In this document: positions 37,972-50,719 of the stretch, one piece after another | How positions within the stretch are numbered: position 1 is the first letter of the stretch | Layout of the letters: each line of letters begins with the position of its first letter | Source: Camelus dromedarius | Lineage: Eukaryota | Direction of reading: 5' to 3' | Length of the DNA stretch: 64,000 bases | Assembly: GCF_036321535.1 (NCBI RefSeq) | Contig: NC_087436.1 | Span: forward strand, 33,172,001 to 33,236,000 | Position numbers and translations under genes: made by a program | The notes under the pieces: model-generated | Databases searched by the model: none | Told to the model about the DNA's origin: nothing | What the model saw: the letters and a program-made list of their open reading frames with translations, nothing else

Positions 37972-39646
37972 ACCTCTTTGGCACTGTGGTGTATGGAGTA
38001 TCAGTTGTTTATTTTGGTCCTTAAGGATTTTATGTATCTGATGCCTATTTAGGAATAGAACTTAGGAAAAAAGAAAAAAAAATAAGAGAGAGAGAGAAAG
38101 AATTTTAAAAGAAGGGAGAAAGAGGGTTTGAAAACAGTATATAATAAATAATAGAAGAGTGAGTTGAAGCAGAGTATTAATCGGGTTGAGACATCCTTTT
38201 AAAACCTTTACAAAAAAAGGGGGGGGGGGAGATGAATAGATGTATTTGAAACCTGTGTCTAATCAATAGCAGGACATCAAAACCCAAGAGAAATAGAAAT
38301 GAATTAAGAAGTAAAGATTAAGAGAGTAATAGAAAATAGAACAGGTAAAAACAGATTAAAAAAAAAAAGGGGGGGGGGGGTTGTCGGTGTTCTCCTGGAG
38401 TCTGTGTGCTTTTAATGTGAAGTCTTTCTGTCTTCGTCCTGTTTTGGAAGCTCAGCTTGCTGTTTTCAGAGGCCCTCCGTTGGTGCCCTCTTCTGTGCTG
38501 CTCCCAGCACCTGTAGGCAAGCAGATCGCGCCTCCTCCTAACACTGGGTCAGGTGCAGCTCTCTGCTGTGGGTGGGCGGGTCGCTGCCCCTCCCGATGCC
38601 GCAGTCAGATGTTGCAGACTGGCCAGGTAGGAGGGCGGGTCGTGCCCCCTCCCAGCACCTCGGTCAGGGGCTGTGTTCCTGCCCAAAAGGCGGGGGGCCG
38701 CTCTCCCTCTACCTGCACCGCCGGTAGTACCACTCTCTATGCGGCTGCGCGCTCCGCCCTGGTCGGCGCTCCGCGGTGGGCTCGGGGAAGACGGAGGGAC
38801 AGCCCTGTCCCTGCTCTGAACCAAAACCCAGCTCCTTGTTTGTCTTTGTGGAGCAAGTTCTCTGAGGGACCAGGATGGAAGGATCCTATCTGCCCCGGGC
38901 TGCAGGCCAGTCTCAGTCTGGCCTTTGCGGCTGCTAAGCCCTTCGGTGCGGATGCAGGTTTCGCCCCTGCCCCCGCCTGAGTGCTAATCGCGGAGGATAT
39001 GGCGGCTGTGCCTGAGCCCCGCCTCTCTTCCCCGGAAAACTTTCTGTGGGTTTTCAGCGATGGGGGTGTGCACCCTTCCCCCCAGAGCACCTCAACCTTG
39101 CTGTTTTATGGAGGGCCCAGGTTGTTCTGCCGTGTGCACCCACAGCCACGGCGCGCAGCCCCTTGCGTTCCCCCGGGGCTGCCTCCGTGCAGCCGCCCCC
39201 GTCCTCCGGCAGGCTTGGGCAGTCTGGCCCTGCCCGCGGCTGCCGGCCCACGTCTCAGGCTGGGTGTCGGGGGGACGCTCTGTGCCCGTTTAACTTAGTT
39301 CTGTTAGTCAAGGGCTGCTCTGTACAGATCTGAGCCTCGGAGGCTCCCCCTCCGTCCCGCTGGCCTCTCAGTTGGAGAGGGGAGACCCAGCGAGCGAGCG
39401 CCGGTCCTCCTTTGCCGCTCCCTCCCCGCGGGACCCGTCCTGTGCTGCTTTGCCTTTTGCTCTTTCTTTTTTCCTTTTCTCCTACCAGATTTTTGGCGTC
39501 TTTATCTTTTGAAGAGGGCGATGTTCTGTCGGAGTTCCACAGGTGCTCTGGTTGGCTGAGTGGGTCTGTAGATGTGGGTCTTGGTGTATTTGTGGGAGAG
39601 GGTGACCTGCGAGCGTCCTTCTACTCTGCCATCTTCTCCGTCTCTC
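37972..39646 (-). promoter_or_regulatory. L1 5' UTR / internal Pol II promoter; CpG-island-like from ~38500 to 39450
   Basis: The only extended GC- and CpG-rich segment in the window. Lies between the element 5' end and the ORF1 ATG and contains several GGGCGG boxes. Confidence 0.85.
39628..39635 (-). promoter_or_regulatory. YY1 motif at the L1 5' end
   Basis: Minus strand begins (g)gagagacggagAAGATGGCag. AAGATGGC about 12 nt from the 5' end is the conserved YY1 position in mammalian L1s. Confidence 0.75.
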
Positions 39647-39662
39647 CAAAATGATCCTTTTT
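39647..39662. repeat. Target-site duplication of the full-length L1 (right copy, 16 bp)
   Basis: caaaatgatccttttt followed by aac. On the minus strand this reads gtt/aaaaagg, the L1 endonuclease consensus TT/AAAA. Confidence 0.93.
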
Positions 39663-39984
39663 AACAACTGTTTATGATCTAAACCATTAAGTAAGCCTTC
39701 CAATATTGAGCCTATATTGATAACAATCCTTTTTTAAAAGAGAATAAGAATGATTTTTTTCTTTCTTTGTGATTCATATATATTTTGTTTATTGATCTGA
39801 TTGTAATATACTAACTAGGCCTTCCACGACAATCTTGAAGCAGGAATGGGGCTTTGTTTGGTTTCATTCCTAATGTTAAATGCAGTGAATTTGGCATTTC
39901 ACTGTTATATTCTATGGAGGTTTTTTATTACTAGCTTTCATAAGCTTAATGAAGTTCCTTTCTATTCCTCATTCACTTTTTAAA

Positions 39985-41525
39985 AATTAATAAACATTAA
40001 ATTTTTGAATAGTTGTAGATTTATAGAAAAATGTGAAAATATTACTATACCCATTTTCCCTTATTATGAACTTTACATTAGTGTGGTACATTTTTTATAA
40101 TTAACAAACCAATATTGATACATTATTAAAAATTAAAATTATTACTTTGTTCAGATTTCTTTAATTTTGCCTCAGGTACTTCTTCTGTTCCAGGATTCCA
40201 TCCCTGATACCATGTGACATTTAATCATCATGTTGCCTTCAGCTACTCTTGGCTGTGACATCTTCCACAGAGATAAAGTGTTTGCATCACACCACATCAG
40301 GTCCATACTATCAACATGACTTCACTGTCGATGTTAACCTTGATAACCTGGCAGAGGTAGTGTTGTAAGGTTTCTCCACTGCAGTGTTACTCTTTTCCCT
40401 TTGACTATACTCTTTGGAATGGAGACACTTTGTGAAGGCCACACTTCAGGAGTGAGGATTTATGTTCTACCTCCTTGAGGGTCAAGTGTCTACATAAATT
40501 ACTTGGAATTCTTCTGCATGGGATACTTGCCTGTTCTCTCCCATGTGTTTATTTATTCAGTCATTTATTTGTATCAGTATAGAATCATGGATATTCATTT
40601 CATACTTGTGTTATAATCCAATACTACTTTATTTATTTTGCTGCTCAAACTGTTCCAGATTTGGCCATTGAGATCTCTTTCAGTTGGCTCTTGGGTTCTT
40701 TTAACATACCCCATTATTGTGTTTTTGTTTGAATGCTTCCTTATTTTTTGGCACTGGACAATGCTCCCCGTTCATTTTATATGTTTTCTTTCCTATTTCT
40801 GGAATCAGTCATTTCTCAGAGGATCCTTGGTTCTTTTTATTAGAAAATTGTACTAAAAAACAAGAATGAAACACTAGATGTGCTTGTTGCTACTGAGGCA
40901 TGATTGCTTGTAGGCCGTTTTTAAATAGGTAAATATATGGGTGTATACTAATCCATATACATACCCAAATAATATAACCCTCTATGTTTATATTAAGCTA
41001 AACATCAGTTCATACTGATGTCTCCAACTCTAATGCATTACCACATGGATCTCCTCCTCTTGATTCTGTGTAACCTTCCACTCTAACAGGGAGAAACCTG
41101 GCTCCCACCATCCACTGTCCACTTCTGTAATTATTCAGCTCCAGTATACATATAGAGTGGTTTCTGAATTTATTAACCCATACTTCCCTGGGAAACAAGT
41201 TTATAGTGCTATGTGAGGTTCCGTCTGCTTTTAGTCTGTAGACTCCACATATTTCTAGTTCCTTAGGTCAGCAACTTTCCTCCCCACCCTGTTCAGGAAG
41301 GTTGATTAATCCATTTGTGATAAAGATATATTCTTTTGTCACTTTCTGCATTCCAGCCAGGGATCTCCTGACCTCTTAAATGATTTTCTAAAAAGCTGCA
41401 TTTATGAAGTTTTACTCGGTGCTGCTGGCGTCATGTATCCACCATTACAGCATCATACAGGATAGTTTCACCCACTTAAAAGTTATCTGTGCTTCACCTA
41501 ATCAGCCTCTCTCCTTCCCGTCATG
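39985..41525 (-). mobile_element. L1MC-like 3' region
   Basis: tagtgtggtacatttttt..accaatattgatacatta; gttataatccaatactac..gctgctcaaactgttccag; tgatgtctccaactctaat. Confidence 0.8.
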
Positions 41526-42055
41526 GCTGACAGTCTTTTTTAACAATATGAATTTACATATCAGTGACTGAATATGCTAGCTGAGGGAGTACTATGGGCT
41601 GTTTCCTTTATTATCTTTGACTTATTATTTAACCAAACACAGGTCTCCTTATACCGTTTTTTAAGAAGTTCTGAGATTTGACATTTCTGGGCCCATAAAA
41701 ATAGTTTCTCTAATTTTATTGGATGAGTCAGTAGCCACATATTTTGTATTCCTGGACAGGCCCTGTTTTCTTTTGTGTAAGCTCTGTTCAGAAACACCTT
41801 GAGACATTAGCACTGAGAACTTTACTCTTTAATGATGCAAACAATCCTTTTCATATTACCTATTTATACTGAATCAACTCTGCCCTCACAGTAAGAGGGA
41901 CTTCCCTTATATGTGCCTAATTTTAATGACAATAATCAACTATGAATCTGGCACACTCAATAAAACTTGAACTGTATGTACCATGTGATAAGCGATCTCT
42001 TAGTTGTGTCATGAAATTTTGGTTTTCATAAAGAATTTTAGCTGTGGCATATACA

Positions 42056-42589
42056 TGTAGTGGACATTCTGGTTGTCTCTCCAACAAGCTTTTTGCTATT
42101 CCTGTTACGTGTAGCAGCCATGTAATTTGGTAGCAGTTAATCCCATCTGAAACTCTAGCAATGAGTCTTGAGTTATCTGACCCTAAGGAGTTAGTTCCAG
42201 TAACACAGACTTCCACCAACCAGCACGTGGCATTCCCTTGGCCGCAGGAATTAGCACAGTGGTAGCATAATCAATGTAATACTCAGAACTTTTTTAGGTT
42301 GTTACTGGATGGTATCCCTTTTCTACATCTCCTAGATGTGAGAAACTATGACCCCAGTCACTGGTGGCATCCGTATTGTGACCCTGAGAGGAGCCAGCCT
42401 GAGGACATAGCTCATAGAAGAAGGTAGAGGTGAGAAACATCAGATATGTAGACCTAGGGCCTTTATCTTGTCCCACTAGAAACCTACCTCAGGACACTTC
42501 AGTGATATGCTATAGTAAATCCCCTAATGTGATTAAGTTGCTTCAAGTTTTCTATTATTAGCAATTCAAAATACTCAAACAGATAAACA
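42056..42589 (+). mobile_element. Old MaLR LTR (MLT1J/K-like)
   Basis: Starts tgtagtggaca; contains gagccagcctgagg; ends ttttctattattagcaattcaaaatactcaaacagataaaca. Confidence 0.6.
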
Positions 42590-43134
42590 TAACTGGGAAG
42601 AATTTAGTAAACTAGCATTCTTGTGTGTCTCCTCTGACCCTGCTTTGTCAGTTCTTCCCTTTTTCTCAACTTTTTCTGATCACCTATTTTTATAGATTAC
42701 TTTTATGTATCACATCTAGACAATCTGTTTAAAATGTGAAAGAAATTATTTTCATGAATTAAAAATTTCCGAGGGCTCTGTCAGCGTAAAGCTCAGGTGT
42801 GAAATGAAATACCAATAAAATAAAGATTTTAAATAATATACTTTATGATTCTTATAATTTTTCTTATTATAGTTCTTTTGTATCTCCTGGACATGAAAAT
42901 ATTACACAGATATAAAAACAGCTATTTTCTACCCTGCATCTAATATAATAATTAAGGATGTCCAATATTTTATATGCACTTTGACTAACATAGATGGTTA
43001 TAGTCTCATTATATACATTATGTCTAATACTACAGCTTAGCTCCTCTTAAATACTTGGTTTTGGTCTGTTTCATAAGTAGATGAATATTTATCTTCCTGT
43101 TTTTACAACCTGTTCCCCAAAATGCTTCATAGTA

Positions 43135-43335
43135 GACTAATATTAATTGAAAACGTACTGTGTTAGAGATTTTACTGCGGTTTAAACCCTTCTAACTACC
43201 CTAATATGTAGGTATACCAATTCATTTTGTAGATAGATGATTGGGTTTCAGATAGATTTGGTCTCCTACCCAATATCACACAGCTACTAAGTGATCCAGG
43301 GTGTTTGAAACTTAGGCCTGTCTGACTCTAGAGTT
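43135..43335 (-). mobile_element. MIR SINE
   Basis: cattttgtagat...tcacacagctactaagtg...tttgaaacttagg..tgtctgactctagag. Confidence 0.7.
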
Positions 43336-44466
43336 GCTTAATTTACTCATTGGATTTTCAGGTTCCCCAATTCTTCCATCCTTCATCTTTTCTTCTCAGT
43401 GCTTGACCATGTGTGTATAAAAATAATACTGTTTTGATCTAGCCTGAGACACTCTCCATGAGGGGAGGAGAGAGAAAAGTGGGATTAAAGGAAGGAGGAA
43501 GAGAACTCCCCCCTGGCTGCAGTCACTGCTGGAGCAGATCAGAACAATCCAGTCAGTTCTCAGGGTGAAGCACATGTGGATAGCAGAGTGGACATGTTGC
43601 AAGTGGCTTCCCCAATGCTGTGTGGTGAGAACGTGGGCTATAGATGAATCCCCATGCTTCTCAGGGACTCTGATAGTGTGGAGCCTACTTGTAGGGGTAA
43701 GCATCTAAAAGAAATCCACATGTTCTTTTGAGACTCAAGTTTATTTACTTATTCTTTTTCCTCTGAAGTTGGGTGAGGGGGAGGTGAGTGGCACATCGTT
43801 TTTATTCTTCCATAATATGGCCCATGTGGGACTCCTTTTGCTTGACAGTTCTTATGATTCTAAACTGATAATGATTATCCCTTTTTAATTAGGTATAATA
43901 TTGCATCTTGCTTGCAAAGCCTTTTATTTTAACTGTTTAAAAAACCATTTTTTACTTAAAAATTCTCAGTAACTAAAAACTTACAAGAAAGATTTATGAG
44001 ACACTGAAATTTCACTTTTTTAGAATAAAAGTTCAATAAGTAAAACTACTCTTCCAGTTCTTCTGACACCAGAGAACAATTCAATAAATAAATATTATAC
44101 ATTTTGATTATCAGACCAGGCTTAGTGATTCCTTTGGAGATGTCACAATAAAATTTCACTCAGGGCAAAAACACACTGAGTTATGTGATAAGACATGAGG
44201 ACAATTCACCTTTACCTGAAAAATGGAATATATTGTAGGATAGGTTCAATTATGAGAGACTGTTGAATGCAAGTGCTGTAATTCTTTATATCTTTAGAGA
44301 GTATTGAGTAGTAATGACTAATAAGTAGACTTTTCTATAGCTAGATAAAAGGAAAAATATATTTGGAACATTTCTGTTAATGGAAATCAAAGAAATATTT
44401 AACTTATTTTTTAAGTTGATCACTCCAAACGTCTAAATCAGAATAATCATAGCAAATAGATATGTA

Positions 44467-44603
44467 CCGTCATACCCCAGTATCTGCAGGAAATTGGTTC
44501 AAGGATACTTTGTGAACACCAAAATCCACAGATGTTCAAATCCCTTATATAAACCACCTAGTACAGTTGGTTGTCCATATCTGCAGATGTGGAGTGCTAA
44601 TGG
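44467..44603 (+). mobile_element. TcMar-Tigger MITE, MER2-like
   Basis: Flanked by TA. ccgtcataccccagtatctgcagg..ttggttc..accaaaatccacagatgttcaaatcccttatataaa, with an inverted terminal copy ctgcagatgtggag. Confidence 0.7.
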
Positions 44604-46249
44604 TATTAGGTATTTAAATAAAATAATTTCCTCTTTCATGTGGGCTAATTTTCCTCAATGATTCAATTAGCTAAAAAAAGGGGGAGGGCGGTGGAATCTC
44701 TCTCTCAATCTAATTAGGTAGGTCTGAAATTTTATATGGAAACGTCTTCTGAGCAGCCATATGGTTGAACATAAGTATGTTGGAGTTGAAATCATTGGAC
44801 AGGAGATTTTTTTGAAGATGTTTATTCTTTGCAATCCAAGTCTTTTTCCCTAGGAGTTCATTTTTACAATGGGTCATTAAAGTTCCACAGATCAACCCTA
44901 TCTTGCTTGTTTTGGTGCTGTACAGGAAGGAAGAAGGAACTTATTATTCTATCCTTAAAAAATTAATGATGATTAAAATACTCTGATGAGTATTGGAAAG
45001 TATGACAATAACATACATATTATATAGTCAAGGTGAAGTTGTTACCTAAAATATGCATGACTTTTATGGCCTTAGTATGTCCTTGGTGGCTTTCTGTTGT
45101 TGAGGAAACCTGAATAACAAGAAGATGGAATGTAATATTAACTTAATTAACTGAGAGTAGAAGTTTATTTTTCATACAGTGATTTTTTTTTTCTTCGGCA
45201 CGTATACTAGTAGAAATACTAGGTATTTTAGTTTGAAGGAGATAGAAAAAACTTTTACGAATTGCTAAAGTTCACAAGAATAAAATGCAGGGCTGTTTTT
45301 TCTACCCAGATTCTTGAGGCAGTTCTTTTCCATGTGGATTGGCCCTTAGTCTTTCTAATAAACTCTGTGTCAGTTTTAAACTAGTTTCAACCCAGAGCCT
45401 CTGCATATTTGGCACCATTGAAATGTGTATAAAAAGACTTTAGTGAAAAGTTTGTTCTATAAATTTGCCTTAGGGATGTTTGGAGTTTTCAATTAGGTAT
45501 TTTTATTTATATATATATAATGTGTGTATTTGCAATTATATGCTTATACCATTCATATGATCACAGTAACCAACAGAAATATCAAAGTGTGATTCATCAT
45601 ATCCATTTTAAATTATTAAACAATTACATCTTATGGCACTGTACATGTGGCAAAATGCCATTTTTAATGATGAGACACTTGTCTTATTGTGTATTTTGTG
45701 CATAATGTAAACAAGAACGAAACAAGGTAATTTGTGAATTTTCAAATTAAATAAAAACAAAAGAATTAATGTCCTTGAAATCATTTTTGGTTCTATTTTT
45801 TAAAAGTTGAAGAATTCATAGGTTTTATATTCTCATGATATTTTAAACTAATGTGGATACAAAATATAATATAATATTTTAGAATAAAATGTAAATCATA
45901 TTTCCATTATTTCATAGTTCTTAGATTGTTCATTTTTAAAACATTGAGCATATATAGAAAGAAAAGTGGAGTGCATAAATATCCATCTGGATAATCCCAA
46001 TAGGAATAATTTGCTTTGATTATTTGGCTGTTTTAAGCTTTGATTCTTCATTTTAATTTTTGGAATTGCAGTTAAATTTTCTTCATACACAATGTACCAT
46101 GACATTTACATAGCTTTGTATTGTATTATATAATGGTATGCTATTAAGCATGTTGTCTTACTTATACTTCATAATAAACCTGGAACATGGGCAAGAAATT
46201 TAAGAGTTTTCTCCACTTCATGGGGCCACTAAAGTGAGAGACAAGAACA

Positions 46250-47220
46250 GAAACAAGCAGTACTGAGAAGCTGTATTCTTTCCATTTCCGCTTGTCTGTT
46301 GCAAAGAGTGCAGCAGATTGTAACAATATATATGATATAGATGGATAAATTTAACAAGAATTGTGCATGCCTATTTGAAGATATTGGCTGGATTTTACTG
46401 ATGGGCATGGAAAAATATTTGAGTAACTGGTGAGAGAGATGAGAAGTCAACTCTCTCCAAGTTAACCTATAAACTTCACACATTTCTAATCAAACTCCCA
46501 GTGGGACTTTTTTTGGAACTCGTCAAATGATTCCCAAGTTTATCTAGAAAAAAATATAATAAATAGCCAGAACTTTTATTTTTAAAGAAGAGCACTGCCC
46601 CCACCAGACTGTAAAATACACTATTAAATCGTAAAAATAATATGCAGTAGACTTCTGCCAGACTAGACAGAAAGATCTGTGAAACAGAAGAGAAACACAC
46701 AAACAGAACAACTCTATATGGAATTTCAGTATATGATAGAAATGATATTTCAAACTCATGAGGAAAGCATGGATAATTGAATAAATTGTGTTGGAGCCAA
46801 TAGGAAAGAATCTCACACCTTATACCAAACTAAATTCCAGATGAGTTAAATATTTATATGGAAAAACTGAACTTACAAATCTACTGGAACAAAATATAAG
46901 TGAATATTTATATACTCAGACATAGAAAGGATTTTCTAAGACCTAATACCTAAGTAAGAAAGATTTATAAATTTAAGTACATAAAAATGTTAAAATTTAG
47001 TGTGGCCAATGATCATAATTAAAATTTAAAAGGCTAATACCATTAATAATTAGGAATCTCATCAATTAATATGAAAGGTATGAACACACTAATATAAAAA
47101 TGAGCAAAGAGCAAATGTAAGTAATTTACTAAAGGAGAATTACAAATGAACAAAAATTAAACACAAATGTTTACCAGATTAACAAAATATGTGCATCAAG
47201 TCAAGGCAGCAATTAAAGGA
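46250..47220 (+). mobile_element. Ancient L1ME-like ORF2 3' fragment
   Basis: ctcacaccttataccaaactaaattccagatg and ggaaagcatggataattgaataaattgtgttgg. Confidence 0.6.
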
Positions 47221-47589
47221 AAAAATAACAGTGATTTTCATCAAATGTTGAGAATACAAAAAGTTTTTTAAGACTTTCATGCAGCCAGCTTTGTAAGTGC
47301 TTATAATACACTGATTGTAAATCAGAATTTGTGCATGTTTCCCTGTAAAAGTATCTAAATTTCAGTTGAACATTGTGATAGGAATAGGTAATATGTAGAC
47401 TTTGATTTACTCCAGTATTGACTTTGACAAGTGTCAAATTGTACAGGGGCCATGGGCATAGTGAGATGACATTGTATTACTAGCATCATTTAAAAATTCT
47501 TGTCTGCTGCTCATGAATAATCTAGTGGAGGCCTAATGGAATACAGTGCTTTGAGGTGTCATCTTTATACCTTTAAGAGAGGTCTGGGA

Positions 47590-47830
47590 GCAGATTTAGC
47601 AAGCTAGGCACTGACTTAGGGTATCCAATTTAAGGGGACTCCAAAACAAACAAACTACAAACAAGGAACCCTCAGTAACTAAGATAAATAGTACTTTAAT
47701 GCAATATTTTAAGAAATTAAATTAGTGCAAGAATTCCTGATGAGCAATATTTAAAAAATTTAAATAAAGACAGAATCAATATTCCTGATTACTTTTTCCT
47801 ACATCCTCTGATATGACTCTGCATGGCACT
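47590..47830. mobile_element. hAT MITE, MER96B-like
   Basis: ctcagtaactaagataaatagtactttaatgcaatatttt...aaatttaaataaagacag. Confidence 0.5.
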
Positions 47831-48269
47831 ACTTTTAAAGAATAAGATCAAAAGGACATTTCCAAATGTCCCTGAGAATTCAAACTGCTGGTTCATAGTA
47901 ACAGCGGTAAATATTAGAAAGGAAAACTATTTTGAACCTCCACTAATTCTCTCTCTTGAGGCAAACTATTCTAGATGGCCAAAGACCTAATTTATTAAAC
48001 TAATTTGGGATAAAAAAGAAAATATGAGGGAGTATTAAATTATGCTTTACAGATAGGATAATGGACCATCTCCTCTTACTCCTTTCCACTCTGACCCCAG
48101 AGAGAGGAAGGTCTAATATGCTGTAATTGGGCCCTGGTGCTAGGGATAGGACATTCAGACAAACGAACTATGTGAGTCAATTTCTCTATAAAATGCATTC
48201 TTGACACTTCTTCCTTTTGGTTGCTTTGTGTTCCCCTTCTCCTACTCAGACTTTCTAATGACCTTGAAA

Positions 48270-48510
48270 GAAACAGTAGGGTATAAAAGTTAAGAATGTG
48301 GCCTCTGGAATTAAACTGCCTGGATCTAAATCCTGGCTCTATCACACCTGTTATCTCAGGCAAGTTACTATATTCCTCTGCAAAATATTACTATTATCTG
48401 CAAAGTGGGTCTCTCAAAGTTCTTGTGAAAATTAGATTAATACATGGAAAGTGCTTAAAGCAGGGTCAGGCTCGTAGGATATACTTATAACACTTGGTCA
48501 TTACTATCTT
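48270..48510 (+). mobile_element. MIR SINE
   Basis: gttaagaatgtggcctctgga..actgcctggatctaaatcctggctct..ggcaagttac..gaaagtgctta. Confidence 0.8.
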
Positions 48511-49384
48511 ACTATTACATACGAAGAACATGGAGACTTCTCTCCAAGCCCCTGTTCAGCAGGAGAGAAGAGAGCAAAGATGTTTGGGACCAAAGACCCA
48601 GTTTGTGTGTTCTCTATCACTTAGGAAACTATGACTAGAGAAATAAATGGGTTAGAAATTTTGACAGCTGAACCCTGAATTTCCTTGTCTTTGAAGAAAT
48701 GACATTGATTATTGATAATTACCTAAACATGTGGACATTAATTTTCTGTAGTTGTAATTTTACATGAATTAATATAATTTCAAATAATGTAATGTGAATT
48801 ATAAATAGGAGTTTTATTTACTTTTTTACATTAACTTAATATTTTAAAACTATAACCATTTTCCTAAAAATTCAGAATTTGAAGGGATTCAGTGGAGCAA
48901 AATCTTCAAAGCCACGTTGCTCATTTTTCATATTTGTACTTTCTAGATATTTTTCCTCCCCATTTTGTGTTGTTCATGCCGAAGTAGAATCTTCTTAAAT
49001 TCTGAACTGGGATGCTAGGTTTTGTGTAGATGGGTTCCATAGATGGGTTTATTTATCTTAAAAAGTGACTCAATAACCTGAAATCATACTGAAAAATATG
49101 TGGTTTCAGGTGCTAATGATTTTCATTGATGAGTCACATGACAGCTGAAAAAATACCATGAAAATCATAGAGTAGAAGTTGGGGTGCAGATTCCATGTTA
49201 CCACATGAGAAAGTATATATATATGGGTCCATATTTTAGGTTTTCCAAAATGCAAATATATAAAAAGGGGTATTATAGAAGCTAAAAGGGAAAGAAAGAT
49301 GTAATAAAATCATTTTAAATTCTTTGGTGTACTTAAATCCATACACATTATGTTTATAATTATAAATATGTTTCCCAACATTAA

Positions 49385-49862
49385 AAAAGTATTGAAATAT
49401 ATTTGATATAAAATACTTCATAAATTTAAGGCATACAACAGGTTGATTTGACATATTTATATATTGCAGTATGATTGCCTTGTAGTGATAATTAGCACTT
49501 CTATCACACCACATAATTAACATTTCTTTTTAGTAGTTGTTTTAATTAAGAAATTGACACAACATTGTAAACTGACTTTACTTCAATTAAAAAAAAATAA
49601 AAAAACTAGTCTCTTAGCAAGTTCGATGTTTATAACATGATACTGTTTTCTGTATTTACTGTACCGTGCACTACAACTCTAGGACTTACTATTCCTTGCA
49701 AGTCTGTGCCCTTAAACAACATCTGACCTATCCGCTCTCCTCCCAGCCCCTGCTCACCACCACTTAATCTGTTTTTACAGGTTGGGTTTTTAAAGATTCT
49801 GCTTATAAGTGATACTATACTGTACTTGTCTTGATCTGACTTATCTCACTTAGCATAAGGCA
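49385..49862 (-). mobile_element. L1MA-like 3' end, interrupted by the 49550 insertion
   Basis: attgaaatatatttgatata...taaatttaaggcatacaaca...ctcttagcaa...tctgacttatctcacttagcataa is a typical reverse L1MA 3' UTR. Confidence 0.75.
49550..49606 (+). mobile_element. Very short L1 3' terminus inserted in an older L1
   Basis: gaaattgacacaacattgtaaactgactttacttcaatt plus A-tail matches the last ~45 nt of the other L1 3' UTR copies. Confidence 0.75.
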
Positions 49863-50364
49863 ATTGCTGTGACTGTAGCGCATACTTGACCATAAGGTAT
49901 AACTCCGTTGTGAATTTGTGCCAGAGCCCAAGGTAAAGAAAAAGGAAATTGAGAGTGAAGACTCTCCGAGACTGGAGCTCTGTCTACTATTTGCTGAAGA
50001 ACTTTTGAGCCTGCCTTGTAGCAGGGATTGTTATAGTGTATCAAATTTTCCTTTTAGACCTTGGTCATAATTGAGAATTTATAACCACAGGAAATGTTTT
50101 CCGTTGTATAATTCTGGCCACCTTAGACATTCGAGATATGTTGGAAGGATGTTTGGAGCTCTTTTACAGAATCCTGTTGGGGTAGAATATGTTTCTCATA
50201 ATTGTCTGATCAAAGATGCATCTGGTACTTCTCAAGCCCTTTGACCCGAAGCTTCTGGTTCAGTAGGTCCGGGATAGGGGGATGGAGGCATATTCCCGTG
50301 ATATGTCAATGAGGGAGTATGTTAGAAACAATTTGCCTTTAAAAAGCTAAAAGCTTTCTTACAA

Positions 50365-50610
50365 TTAATGTGTCTACGTTGACATATCATTATCACCCCA
50401 AAGTCTGTAGTTTCCATTAAATTTACCTCTTGCTGTACATTCTATGTGTTTGAACAAATTTATAATGACATGTATCTACCGAAGTACCAATACGCTATAG
50501 TGGAGGAGGCAATGCATATGTGAGGAAAGGGAGTATATGGGAAATTTTTGTACCTTCTGCTCAACATGCTGTGAGTCTAAAACTGCTCTATAAAGAGTCT
50601 TTTTAAAAAA
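50365..50610. mobile_element. L1MC-like 3' end with an inverted 5' part
   Basis: 50365-50480 is reverse L1MC 3' UTR (cattatcacccaaagtc). 50481-50610 is the forward terminal segment (atatgggaaatttttgtacc...aaaactgctct). Confidence 0.65.
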
Positions 50611-50719
50611 CTAGATCTAAAAACTGAACATCAAAACTGGAATCAACATTTGAAATAAGCAAATGCTGAAAAACACTGTGTTTAGGAGATTTTGAAGAGA
50701 AGATTTGAGAATATTAAAA

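Larger units (their letters stand above)
32539..39646 (-). mobile_element. Full-length LINE-1 retrotransposon (~7.1 kb), young, inactivated
   Basis: Minus strand reads: GC/CpG-rich 5' UTR, ORF1, ~400-bp spacer, ORF2 (APE endonuclease, RT with YADD, C-terminal Cys-rich domain), 3' UTR with G-rich tract, AATAAA and short poly(A). Flanked by the direct repeat caaaatgatccttttt. Confidence 0.98.
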
